Below, in pieces: positions 1-9,375 of a stretch of 43,903 nt of DNA (positions within the stretch are counted from its first letter, which is position 1; every line of letters begins with the position of its first letter). The translations under genes and the position numbers were made by a program. Where the stretch lies: assembly GCA_963822945.1 (NCBI GenBank), contig CAWGJO010000018.1, positions 1 to 43,903 on the forward strand, in the 5' to 3' direction. The notes under the pieces were generated by a model, which did not search any database, was not told the DNA's origin, and worked only from the letters and a program-made list of their open reading frames with translations. This DNA is from an uncultured Gemmatimonadaceae bacterium. Lineage in GTDB: Bacteria > Gemmatimonadota > Gemmatimonadetes > Gemmatimonadales > Gemmatimonadaceae.

Positions 1-883
1 GTCCGACGACGGCGCGCCCGCGCCCCACCGCACGATCCACGATGTCGGTGACGCGGGCCTTTTCGTGCTCGGTCTCGAGCTGATGGCGCCCTTCCATGGC
101 CGCCGTCGCGATCTCGGCTTCGGAGGCATCCATACCCGGTCCCGGCACGTACAGCGCGCGCTTCTGCGCTGCCTTGCCCAGATGTTTGATCGCGTCGTGG
201 GCGTTGTTGCGAGTGCCGGCGATGACGATCCATCCATTCGGCCGGGCCAATCCCTCCAACTCATTGGCGACATCGTGCAACATGCGTTCGCGTCCGACCT
301 CGAGCGCTCTCTGCGCCGCGTCGGCGAGCGCGGTCCCGCGCGTGCCCGTATGGAAGCCCTCGCGCGCCGAGTCCCCCATGTGCGCCGCGCGACCAACGTG
401 CGCATGCGCATTCACGCGGCCCACGCGTTCGACCCCGCGGCCGCTCACCCGGTAGAGGTCGGTGGACCGCGCATCGACGAGGGCGACGATAACGTCGGCG
501 GGTCCCTGGAACAGCCGCATGTAGGGCGCCACGGCAATCCCCATTCGCCAGGTGAGCGAGGTCGGGGGCGCGCGGAAGGTCGCTCCCACATGCAGCGGCC
601 CATCGGCAGTGATGAACGCGACCCACCCCGCCGCGCCATCTACATCGTCGCTCAGCTCGCCCGTCAGCTTTTCCAGCAGCTCCGCGGCCTTGTCGAATTC
701 ATTGCGCTCGGCGTGCGGGGCGCCGCTCAGGGCCTTGCGCTGCGCAACGACCGCGCTGGCAAGGGTCTTCCGCCAGGTGCGGCGCGCGACGGCGTCCAGT
801 TCGGTCGGGTCGACGTACACATGAAGCACGTGCCGGTCGCGGGCCGAACGCTCCAACTTGGCCAGTTGTGAATAGGTAAGCAT
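1..883 (-). CDS. aeRF1/Pelota-like bacterial release-factor family (baeRF) protein, 3' end beyond the window
   Basis: Absent from the ORF track because no stop falls in the window. ATG at 883 follows GGAGG. Manual translation MLTYSQLAKLERSARDRHVLHVYVDPTE...GWVAFITADG...IAVAPYMRL...VIVALVDARSTDLY...WIVIAG...EHEKARVTDIVDRAVGRGRAVVG matches the baeRF three-domain layout. Confidence 0.7.
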   Translation of the reverse strand, partial: MLTYSQLAKLERSARDRHVLHVYVDPTELDAVARRTWRKTLASAVVAQRKALSGAPHAERNEFDKAAELLEKLTGELSDDVDGAAGWVAFITADGPLHVGATFRAPPTSLTWRMGIAVAPYMRLFQGPADVIVALVDARSTDLYRVSGRGVERVGRVNAHAHVGRAAHMGDSAREGFHTGTRGTALADAAQRALEVGRERMLHDVANELEGLARPNGWIVIAGTRNNAHDAIKHLGKAAQKRALYVPGPGMDASEAEIATAAMEGRHQLETEHEKARVTDIVDRAVGRGRAVVG

Positions 884-1108
884 CCCCCACCTCCCCGGGA
901 TCGAAAAGAAACCCGGGACGCGTCACGCGCGCCCCTAGAGGTCTGTCTGCAGGGTATCGCGACGGTTGTTGCGCGTCAGTCGGCGCAATACTCACGCGTC
1001 GTCAGGGAATCCGCGCCTGACTAATGCGCGCGACATGCGCATCTGGCCATCCGGCCGGAATTTCTGGCAGGATTTACCGTTCCCACCCCTCCCGGCACAG
1101 GAGCCACC

Positions 1109-3208
1109 ATGCACAGCCCCCGAAACCCCCGCGCGCGTTTCCGGCGCAAATCCGTCCTGCGACTCGGATACGCCCTCGCGCTCGCCGCCCTCGTGGGCGC
1201 CGCCCCCGCGCTGCGCGCCCAGCAGGCGCCTCCCGATCGCATCCAGCTCAACCAGTATCTCGATTGCAGTCCGTGCTGTCGCCGCAGATTTCGCCCGACG
1301 GATCGCAGATCGTCTACGGCCGGCGTCGGGTGGACAAGATGAACGACCGCTGGCGCACGTCGCTCTGGATCATGAACGCCGACGGCACGCACGACCGCTT
1401 CCTGGCCGACGGCTCGGGCGCGCAGTGGTCGCCGGACGGCAAGCGCATCGCCTACGTGGCCGAGGGCAAGCCGGCGGGCGACAAGATCTTCGTGAAGTGG
1501 GTCGATCTCGAGGTCCGGGCCCGCAGGTCTCGAATCTCACCGAGTCGCCGTCGAACCTCGCGTGGTCGCCCGACGGCAAGGCGATCGCGTTCAACATGAA
1601 CGTGCCCGATCCCCTGGGCGCCGAGTGGCACATTCCGATGCCGGCGCCCCCCAAGGGCGCCAAGTGGGTGGAGCCGCCGAAGATCGTCACGCGGCTCAAC
1701 TTCCGCCGCGACCGTGTCGGGTACAGCGACACGTACTACACCCAGATCTTCACGATTTCCCCGACGGCGGTGAAGCCCGCCAAGTCACGACCGGCAACTG
1801 GAATGCCTCGGCGCCGGCGTTCTCCGGCGACGGACAGTGGGTGGCGTTCTCGTCGCTCCGCGTGCCGACGCCGAGCATGCGTTCCGCCATTCGGAACTGT
1901 ACGCGGCCAACGTGCGCACCGGCGAGGTCCGGCAGCTCACGCACCAGTCCGGCACCAGCGGTGGGCCCGTCTACTCGCCCGACGGACGGCTCGTGGCCTA
2001 CACGCACGCGGACTCGGTGGACCACTCCGCGTGGTCGCAGGGCAACATCTGGATCATGAACGCCGACGGCTCCAACGCGCACGCCGTGACCGCCAGCCTC
2101 GACCGCCCGGTGTCGGGCGTGCTCTGGGCGCCGGACGGCCGCGGCGTGTACTTCAACACCCAGAGCGAGGGCTCGCAGAACCTCTATTACGCCTCGACCT
2201 CGGGCCAGGTGCGCGCGGTGACCACGGGCACGCAGGTGCTGAACGTCACCGACCTGAGCCGCTCCGGACTGGCCGTCGGCATTCGCAGCACGCCGACGAT
2301 CCGGGCGACGTGGTGACGTTCGCCATTCCCGCCTCCGGCACCACCTCCACGTTCGCCCAGCGCACCGACGTGAACGGGTCGCTACTCTCGGGGAAGAAGC
2401 TCGCCACGACCGAGGGCATCTGGTACACGTCGAAGGACGGGCTCAAGATTCAGGGTTGGATCGTGAAGCCTCCCGATTTCGACCCGCACAAGAAGTATCC
2501 GCTGGTCCTGCACATTCACGGCGGGCCGCAGGCCATGTACAACGTCGCCTTCAACTTCGCGAACCAGGACGAGGCGGCGAAGGACTACGTGGTGCTGTAC
2601 ACCAACCCGCGCGGCAGCACGGGGTACGGTGAGAAGTTCACCAACATGATCGACAACGATTACCCCGACCACGACTTCGACGACCTGATGGCCGGCGTGG
2701 ACACGGTGATCGGCCGTAGGTAATCGACACCAGGAACCTGTTCGTGTACGGCTGTTCCGGCGGCGGCGTGCTCACGTCGTGGACGGTGGGACACACCAAC
2801 CGCTTTGCGGCGGCCGTGGTGCAGTGCCCGGTGATCGACTGGATCAGCTTCGTCGGCGTGACCGACGGCGCCGGCTGGTACGAGAACTTCGCCAAGCCGT
2901 TCTGGGAAGATCCGAGCGAGTGGCTGCGGCGTTCCCCGATCATGTACGTGGGCAACGTGACCACGCCCACCATGCTCATGACGGGCGTGCTCGATCTGCG
3001 CACGCCGATCCCGCAGACCGAGGAGTTCTATCGCGCGCTGAAACTGCGCGGGATTCCCACGGCGATGTTGCGGATGAACAACGAGTACCACGGCACGTCG
3101 AGCACGCCGTCGAACTTCCTGCGCACGCAGCTGTACGCGGAGGGCTGGTTCCAGCGCTACGGCCACATGGCGGCCGACAAGGCCGCCACGGAGTCGATGC
3201 AGCACTGA
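1109..3208 (+). CDS. Secreted S9 family peptidase (acylaminoacyl/dipeptidyl peptidase-like), frameshifted
   Basis: AGGAG RBS and signal peptide ending ALRA-QQ. PD40-like WSPDG repeats, HIHGGP, NPRGSTGYG, nucleophile GCSGGG, Asp in DLRTP, His in EYHG. Assembled from ORFs 1109, 1024, 966, 1562, 1837 and 2744. Confidence 0.9.
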
Positions 3209-3219
3209 CCGTCGTCGCT

Positions 3220-3273
3220 CGGCAGACCGCGCCGTCGCTCCGGATGTCCCGGGGCGGCGGCGCGGTGCTGTCG
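3220..3273 (+). terminator. Long GC-rich hairpin after the S9 peptidase
   Basis: ACCGCGCCGTCGCTCCGG (3226-3243) pairs with CCGGGGCGGCGGCGCGGT (3249-3266) using G-U pairs and can extend outward. No U-tract. Confidence 0.5.
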
Positions 3274-3360
3274 GTCGTTGCCTGACACCCGGCGCCCCCG
3301 CCCCTGATGCCGCGTGCGTTGCCGCAGCGTGAAGTTCCGAGAGGAGAACCAGGAGGCCGC

Positions 3361-5266
3361 ATGACCGACCGGCAACGCACGCCACCCGGCGGCGACGATA
3401 CGAGCCAGGCCCCCGGGCCCACCCGCCGCCCCTGGCTGCTGTGGCTCGCCATCGTCGCGCTGCTGCTGCTGCCGCCGATGTTCTCATCCACGTTCGGCGC
3501 GCCGCGCATGCCGTACAGCACCTTCGTGCAGAAGCTCGACTCCGGGCTCGTGGCCAGCGTGCAGGTCGGCGACTCGTACATCACGGGCACGCTCAAGACA
3601 CCCGACGCCAGTGGGGAGAAACGGTTCGTCACCAACCGGGTGGATCCGGGGATCGCCGACCAGTTGCGCCAGCACGGCGTGCCGTTCTCCGGCATCGCGA
3701 GCGGCGGCGTGCTCGACAACCTGGTGCTCTGGCTCATTCCGGCCGTCCTGTTCGTCGCCATGTGGTGGTTCCCGGCCCGGCGCACGCTGGGGCAGCAGCC
3801 CACCGGGCTGCTCGGCGTCGGCAAGAGCCGGGCGCGTTACGTCGAGACGGACACGAAGGTCTGCTTCGACGACGTGGCGGGCGTCGACGAGGCAAAGAAC
3901 GAGCTGCGGGAGGTGGTCGCGTTCCTCAAACCCCACCGCCTACGGTCGGCTCGGCGCGCACATCCCCAAGGGCATCCTGCTGGTCGGTCCGCCGGGCACC
4001 GGCAAGACGCTGCTGGCCCGCGCCGTGGCCGGCGAAGCCGGCGTGCCCTTCTTCTCGATCAGCGGCTCGGAGTTCGTCGAGATGTTCGTCGGCGTCGGCG
4101 CGGCGCGCGTGCGCGACCTGTTCGAGCAGGCGCGCACGCACGCGCCCTGCATCATCTTCGTCGACGAGCTCGACGCGCTGGGCCGCGCGCGCGGCGCCGG
4201 GCGCGATACGGGCGGCCACGACGAGAAGGAGCAGACGCTGAACCAGCTGCTGGTCGAGCTCGACGGCTTCGATCCCGACAGCGGGGATCGTGCTGCTCGC
4301 CGCCACCAACCGGCCGGAGATCCTCGACCCGGCGCTGCTGCGCGCGGGGCGCTTCGACCGCCAGGTCCTGGTCGACCGGCCCGATCGCGCCGGCCGCGCC
4401 GCGATCCTCGCCGTCCACCTGCCGAAGATCCGCAGCAGCCGGACGTCGACGTGGAGACGATCGCGGCGCTCACTCCGGGCTTCACCGGGGCCGACCTCGC
4501 GAACCTGGTCAACGAGGCGGCGCTGGCTCGCCACGCGTCGCGGCGCCGAAGCGGTGTCGATGGCCGACTTCACCGCCGCCGTCGAGCGGATCGTGGCGGG
4601 CCTGGAGCGGAGAAACCGGATGCTGAACCCGCGCGAACGCGAGATCGTCGCGCACCACGAGATGGGCCACGCGCTCGTCGCCGCGGCGCTGCCGGGCAGC
4701 GATCCCGTGCACAAGGTCTCGATCATCCCGCGCGGATCGGAGCGCTCGGCTACACGCATGCAGCGGCCGACCGAAGACCGCTATCTGATGACCCGCGGAC
4801 GAACTCGAAGGCAAGCTCGCGGTGCTGCTCGGGGGCCGCGCCGCCGAGGACCGGTGTTCGGCGAACTCTCGACCGGAGCCGCCGACGACCTGGCGCGCGC
4901 CACCGAGATCGCGCGCAACATGGTGAGCCGGTTCGGCATGGACGAGAACGTGGGGCACGTGGTGTACGGCCAGACGTCGGCGCCGTTCATCCCGCAACCG
5001 TCGTACGCGCCCGCCGAGCCTCCGCCGTTCAGCAACCAGACGGCCCGCGAGATCGAGGTGGGCATCCGCCGGCTGCTGCAGGATGCGCTCGGCCGCGCGC
5101 TCGCCATCCTGGCCGCCAACCGCGAGTCGCTGGACGTGGGGGCGCACCGCCTCATCGAGAAGGAGACGCTCACCCGCGACGAGCTTCCGCCGCTCGTCAC
5201 CCGGCCGCCGACCGCGCCCACGGCGCCGTCCGCGATCGCGAACTCGAACCCGCCCTCGAATCGTGA
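3361..5266 (+). CDS. ftsH: ATP-dependent zinc metalloprotease FtsH paralog, frameshifted
   Basis: GGAGG before ATG 3361, two N-terminal TM segments, [11 protein letters not shown], Walker A GPPGTGKT, Walker [24 protein letters not shown] zinc motif, STGAADDL. End taken as TGA 5264-5266, overlapping the next GTG; this requires one further indel. Confidence 0.9.
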
Positions 5267-6147
5267 ACGCCACCGCCGCTCCACCCGCGCCGCGGCACAT
5301 GCTGTCCAACGGCGAGATCGCCACGCGATTCGAGGAGGTGGCATCGCTCCTCGAAGCGCAGAACGCCAGCCAGTATCGCGTGCAGGCATGGCGCGGCGGC
5401 GCGGCCACGCTGCGCCAGTCGGAGCGTTCGGCGGCCGAGATCCTCGACACCGAGGGACTGGACGGCTTGGAGGCGCTCCCGGGAATCGGGTCGGCGCTGG
5501 CGCGCGCCACACGTGAATTGGTGGACACCGGCACGCTGGGTATGCTGCAGCGGCTGCGGGGCGAGAGCGACCCGCTCGCCGCGCTCGCCTCCGTGCCGGG
5601 CGTGGGCCCGGCGCTCGCCCAGCGCGTGCACGACGAACTCGACGTGGACACGCTGGAAGCGCTGGAGGCTGCCGCCAACGACGGGCGGCTGGAACGCGTG
5701 AAGGGCTTCGGCCCCAAGCGCGTGGCGGGCATTCGGGACTCGTTGGCCACCCGGCTGCGCCGTCGGCAGCGCTCGGCCGGCGCGGTTCCCGCGGCGGAAT
5801 CGCCCTCGGTGGACGAGTTGCTCGACGTGGACCACGAGTATCGTGAAAAGGCGTCGCGCGGCGAGCTGCCGCAGATCGCCCCGCGCCGGTTCAATCCCAC
5901 CGGCGAGAAGTGGCTCCCGGTGCTCCACACCACGCGCGGCGACCGCCACTACACGGCCTTCTTCTCGAACACGGCCCGCGCCCACGAACTCGGCCGTACG
6001 CACGACTGGCTGGTGCTCTACTACGACGGCCGGGACGGGGAGCACCAGTGCACGATCGTCACCGCGCCCAAGGGTCCGCTCAAGGGCAGGCGCGCGGTGC
6101 GCGGCCGCGAGCGGGAATGCGTGACGCACTATCACCTGTCGTCCTGA
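5263..6147 (+). CDS. Helix-hairpin-helix DNA-binding protein: PolX N-terminal-like region plus uncharacterised C-terminal domain
   Basis: [29 protein letters not shown] resembles the PolX 8-kDa domain. Three HhH motifs (LPGIG, VPGVG, VKGFG). No palm or PHP domain. Start GTG 5263 or ATG 5299. Confidence 0.8.
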   Translation: MNATAAPPAPRHMLSNGEIATRFEEVASLLEAQNASQYRVQAWRGGAATLRQSERSAAEILDTEGLDGLEALPGIGSALARATRELVDTGTLGMLQRLRGESDPLAALASVPGVGPALAQRVHDELDVDTLEALEAAANDGRLERVKGFGPKRVAGIRDSLATRLRRRQRSAGAVPAAESPSVDELLDVDHEYREKASRGELPQIAPRRFNPTGEKWLPVLHTTRGDRHYTAFFSNTARAHELGRTHDWLVLYYDGRDGEHQCTIVTAPKGPLKGRRAVRGRERECVTHYHLSS

Positions 6148-6256
6148 ACCCTTCCCAGAGCACCCGTCCCGCGGCAGAAGACTCCCTGAATCCGGGCTGA
6201 ACCGGCCGGCCGCCGGGCCCGTACATCATTCCGATCATACCTCCACCCGGCCCGCC

Positions 6257-6609
6257 ATGTCTTCGGATCCTCACACGCAGCTCCCCCTCAAACCGCTCGA
6301 CTACGTGCTGCTCCTGGCCCTGAGCGAGGGTGAGGCGCACGGCTACGGTCTCGTCCAGGAAGCCGCCGCTCGCAGCCAGGGGGCCATTCGCCTGGAGCCG
6401 GGCAACCTGTACCGCGTGCTGCGGCGGCTGCTCGACGCCGGCCTCGTCGCCGAATCGGGAGACGGCCGGCCACCGACCTCGACGATGAGCGTCGGCGGTA
6501 CTACCGCATCACCGCCCTCGGGAGGCGGGTGGCCGCCCTCGAAACCCGGCGGCTGCGCGCGCTCCTCGCCTCTCCCGCCGCGCGCGCGTTGGCCGGAGAG
6601 CCGGCATGA
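6257..6609 (+). CDS. PadR family transcriptional regulator, one frameshift near 6470
   Basis: LLLALSEGEAHGYGL...LEPGNLYRVLRRLLDAGLV, then DERRRYYRITALGRRV in a second frame. Stop overlaps the next ATG (ATGA 6606-6609). Confidence 0.9.
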
Positions 6610-9359
6610 CACGCCGGCCGGTGTCGCGCGCCGAGCGGCTCTACGCACTCCTGCTGCGCCTGTACCCGCGCCGCTATCGCGCGCGCTTCGCGCGGGACCA
6701 GCGCGAGCTGTTCCGAGACCTGCACCGCGCGGCAGATGCCCGGGGCCGGCCTGCAGTCCTGCGACTCTGGCTGCGTCAGCTCCTGGACCTGCTGCGAACG
6801 GCCCCCCTCGAACGCGCGGCGTCCATCCGCGACGCGCTCATCGCTCCCTTCGTTCCCGCTCAACGGAGTTTCACCACCCGCCGCGCCGCGGGAGGAGACG
6901 GCATGCTCGCCCGACTCGTGCAGGATCTGTCATACGCCGTCCGCATGTTGCGGAAGAGCCCGCTCTTCACCGCCACCGCGGTCGTCGTCATCGCACTGGG
7001 CGCCGGTGCGGTTACCACCATCTACAGCGCGGCCAATGCGATTCTGCTGCGGCCCATTCCCGGCGTGCGCGATCCCGGCTCGCTGGTCCAGATCCAGCGC
7101 ACGCAGAGCGACGGGCACGGTACGCTGTCGGCGTCGTATCCGTACACCCAGCAGCTTCGCGACAACGTGCATTCGCTGAGCGGCGTGGTGGGGTGGGCCT
7201 CCGCCCAGCTCAACATCGGCGTGGGCAACACGCACATTGCGGCCGCCGGCAATCTGGTGACCGCCAACTATTTCGACGTGCTCGGCGTGTCGCCCGAGCT
7301 GGGCCGGTTCTTCGTACCGGCCGAAGACAGTGGCGCCGGGGCGCACCCGGTGGTGGTCATCAGCCACGGCTTCTGGCGGCGCGCGCTGGGCGGCGACCCC
7401 GGTGTGGTGGGTCGCGTGCTCGACGTCAACGGCACGCCGCTGACCGTGATCGGCATAGCGCCGCCGTCGTTCGACGGAACGATACCGTTGATCCGGATGG
7501 ACGCGTGGATCCCGCTGATGATGACGCCGCAGCTGCGCCCCGGCTCAACGCGGCTCACCTCGCCGAACACCGGATGGTTGAACCTGTTCGGACGCCTGCG
7601 CCCGGGCGTATCGCGCGGGGCGGCGGAAGCGGAGGTGGTGGCCGTCACGCGCAACGCCGCCAACAGCGGGGCGGCCTCCAGGACGTCCAGTCGGTTCAGC
7701 GGGGCACGCCTGTACCAGCTGTCCATCATGCCTCCCGAGGTGCACGACGCGGTGCTCGGCTTCTTCGCGTTGCTGTTTGTGATCGCCACACTGGTATTGC
7801 TGATCGCGAGTGTGAACGTGGCCGGCATGCTGCTGGCCCGCGGCATAGGGCGGCGGCGCGAGCTTTCCGTGCGCGCCGCGCTCGGTGCCGCCCGGCGGCG
7901 GCTGGTCGCCCAGCTCCTCACGGAAACCCTGGTGCTCTACGGGCTGGGGGCGGCGGGAGGCGTGGCGATCGCTTACGGCGGGTCGCGCCTCCTCGAGCAC
8001 GTGCCCCTGCCGGCCGACGTTCCGCTGGTGCTGCACCTGGCGCCGGACGGCCGCGTCCTGACCTTCGCCCTCGGCGTGGCATTGGTCGCGGGGCTCGCCT
8101 TCGGATTGGCCCCCGCGCTGCGCTCCACGCGCATCGATCTCGCCACCGGGCTGCGCGGTGACACGGCGGGATCGGGAAGCAACCGGTCGCGCGCGCGGAG
8201 TGCACTGGTCATCGGCCAGGTAGCGCTGTCACTCCTGCTGCTCGTGTCCGCCGGGCTGTTCATGCGCGCGCTGGAACGCGCCCAGCGGGTGGATCCCGGC
8301 ATGGACGTGAATGGCGTGGCCGTGGCGGAGCTCAACCTCAACATCGCGGGCTACGATTCGGTGGCCGGCGCGCAGGCATACGACCACCTCAAACGAAGCC
8401 TGCAGGCCGTACCCGGCGTGACCACGGTGTCGTACGTGCAGGTGCTCCCGCTATCCATGAGCCGCATGACGTACGACATGCGTGTCGACGGCTACACGCC
8501 CCAGCACGACCCGGATGGGCGGGGCGAGGTGGCCGTCGATGTGAATCTCGTGGACGGCGACTACTTCTCGGCCGTCCGCACGCCGCTCGTGAGCGGGCGC
8601 ACCTTCGGCCCGGCGGACAACGAGAGCGCCCCCAGGGTGGCGGTTGTGAACCAGGCATTCGTCGAGCGGTACTGGCCCGATCGCAATCCCGTCGGTCGCG
8701 GCTTCCAACTGAGCGGCGTTCCGTACACGGTGGTGGGCGTGGTCCACGACGCGAAGTATCGCACGCTGGCCGACCCGCCCACGCCCTTCGCTTTCATCTC
8801 CACCTCCCAGAACTGGGACGGCGATCGGCAGCTGCTCGTGCGGACGGCCGGCGATCCTGCCGGGCTCAGTCCGACGATCCGGAGACTGGTACACGATGCC
8901 ATGCCGAACCTGCCTCCGGCCCAGATCACGACGTTGGCAACGGTCACGGGAATCGTTCTCTTGCCCCAGCGCGTGGCCGCCGCGGTGACCGGCACGCTCG
9001 GAATCGTGGGACTGCTCCTGGCGGCGGTGGGCCTCTACGGTGTGATCGCGTATTCGATGTCGCAGCGTGCCCGCGAGATCGGCATTCGCATGGCGTTGGG
9101 CGCCGACCGCCGGTCGGTGCTGGGACTGGTGGTGGGTGAGGGGTTCCGGCTGGTGGCGGTGGGCATCGCCATCGGCGTGGCGCTGGCCTTCGGCGTCACC
9201 CGGTTCATGGAACCCTTCCTGTTCGGCGTGAGCCCGGTGGATCCCGCCACCTTTGGCGGCATCGCGATCGGCCTGGCGTCCATCGCGATGCTCGCCAGCT
9301 ACTTTCCCGCCCGCCGGGCGGCCGCGGCCGATCCGGCGGAGGTGCTGCGCCAGGACTGA
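6606..9359 (+). CDS. Duplicated orphan ABC permease (ADOP; two MacB_PCD-FtsX repeats)
   Basis: Intact 917 aa ORF: QDLSYAVRMLRKSPLFT, LVLLIASVNVAGMLLAR...RELSVRAALGA, VIGQVALSLLLL, GLYGVIAYSMSQRAREIGIRMALGA, PARRAAAADPAEVLR. No ATPase adjacent. Confidence 0.92.
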   Translation: MTRRPVSRAERLYALLLRLYPRRYRARFARDQRELFRDLHRAADARGRPAVLRLWLRQLLDLLRTAPLERAASIRDALIAPFVPAQRSFTTRRAAGGDGMLARLVQDLSYAVRMLRKSPLFTATAVVVIALGAGAVTTIYSAANAILLRPIPGVRDPGSLVQIQRTQSDGHGTLSASYPYTQQLRDNVHSLSGVVGWASAQLNIGVGNTHIAAAGNLVTANYFDVLGVSPELGRFFVPAEDSGAGAHPVVVISHGFWRRALGGDPGVVGRVLDVNGTPLTVIGIAPPSFDGTIPLIRMDAWIPLMMTPQLRPGSTRLTSPNTGWLNLFGRLRPGVSRGAAEAEVVAVTRNAANSGAASRTSSRFSGARLYQLSIMPPEVHDAVLGFFALLFVIATLVLLIASVNVAGMLLARGIGRRRELSVRAALGAARRRLVAQLLTETLVLYGLGAAGGVAIAYGGSRLLEHVPLPADVPLVLHLAPDGRVLTFALGVALVAGLAFGLAPALRSTRIDLATGLRGDTAGSGSNRSRARSALVIGQVALSLLLLVSAGLFMRALERAQRVDPGMDVNGVAVAELNLNIAGYDSVAGAQAYDHLKRSLQAVPGVTTVSYVQVLPLSMSRMTYDMRVDGYTPQHDPDGRGEVAVDVNLVDGDYFSAVRTPLVSGRTFGPADNESAPRVAVVNQAFVERYWPDRNPVGRGFQLSGVPYTVVGVVHDAKYRTLADPPTPFAFISTSQNWDGDRQLLVRTAGDPAGLSPTIRRLVHDAMPNLPPAQITTLATVTGIVLLPQRVAAAVTGTLGIVGLLLAAVGLYGVIAYSMSQRAREIGIRMALGADRRSVLGLVVGEGFRLVAVGIAIGVALAFGVTRFMEPFLFGVSPVDPATFGGIAIGLASIAMLASYFPARRAAAADPAEVLRQD

Positions 9360-9375
9360 GCGCCGAAGCGCTCAG
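9356..9375. terminator. Bidirectional hairpin between convergent genes
   Basis: CTGAGCGC-CGAA-GCGCTCAG is a perfect 8-bp stem containing both TGA stops; on the minus strand the loop is C(UUCG)G. Confidence 0.6.

Noticed and set aside
65..871. 268-aa plus-strand ORF
   Set aside because: Antisense shadow of the minus-strand baeRF-like gene, which has the RBS and recognisable motifs.
5263..6147. Full DNA polymerase X
   Set aside because: No palm (GSxRR/DxD) or PHP domain in any nearby frame; the ORF ends cleanly at 6147.
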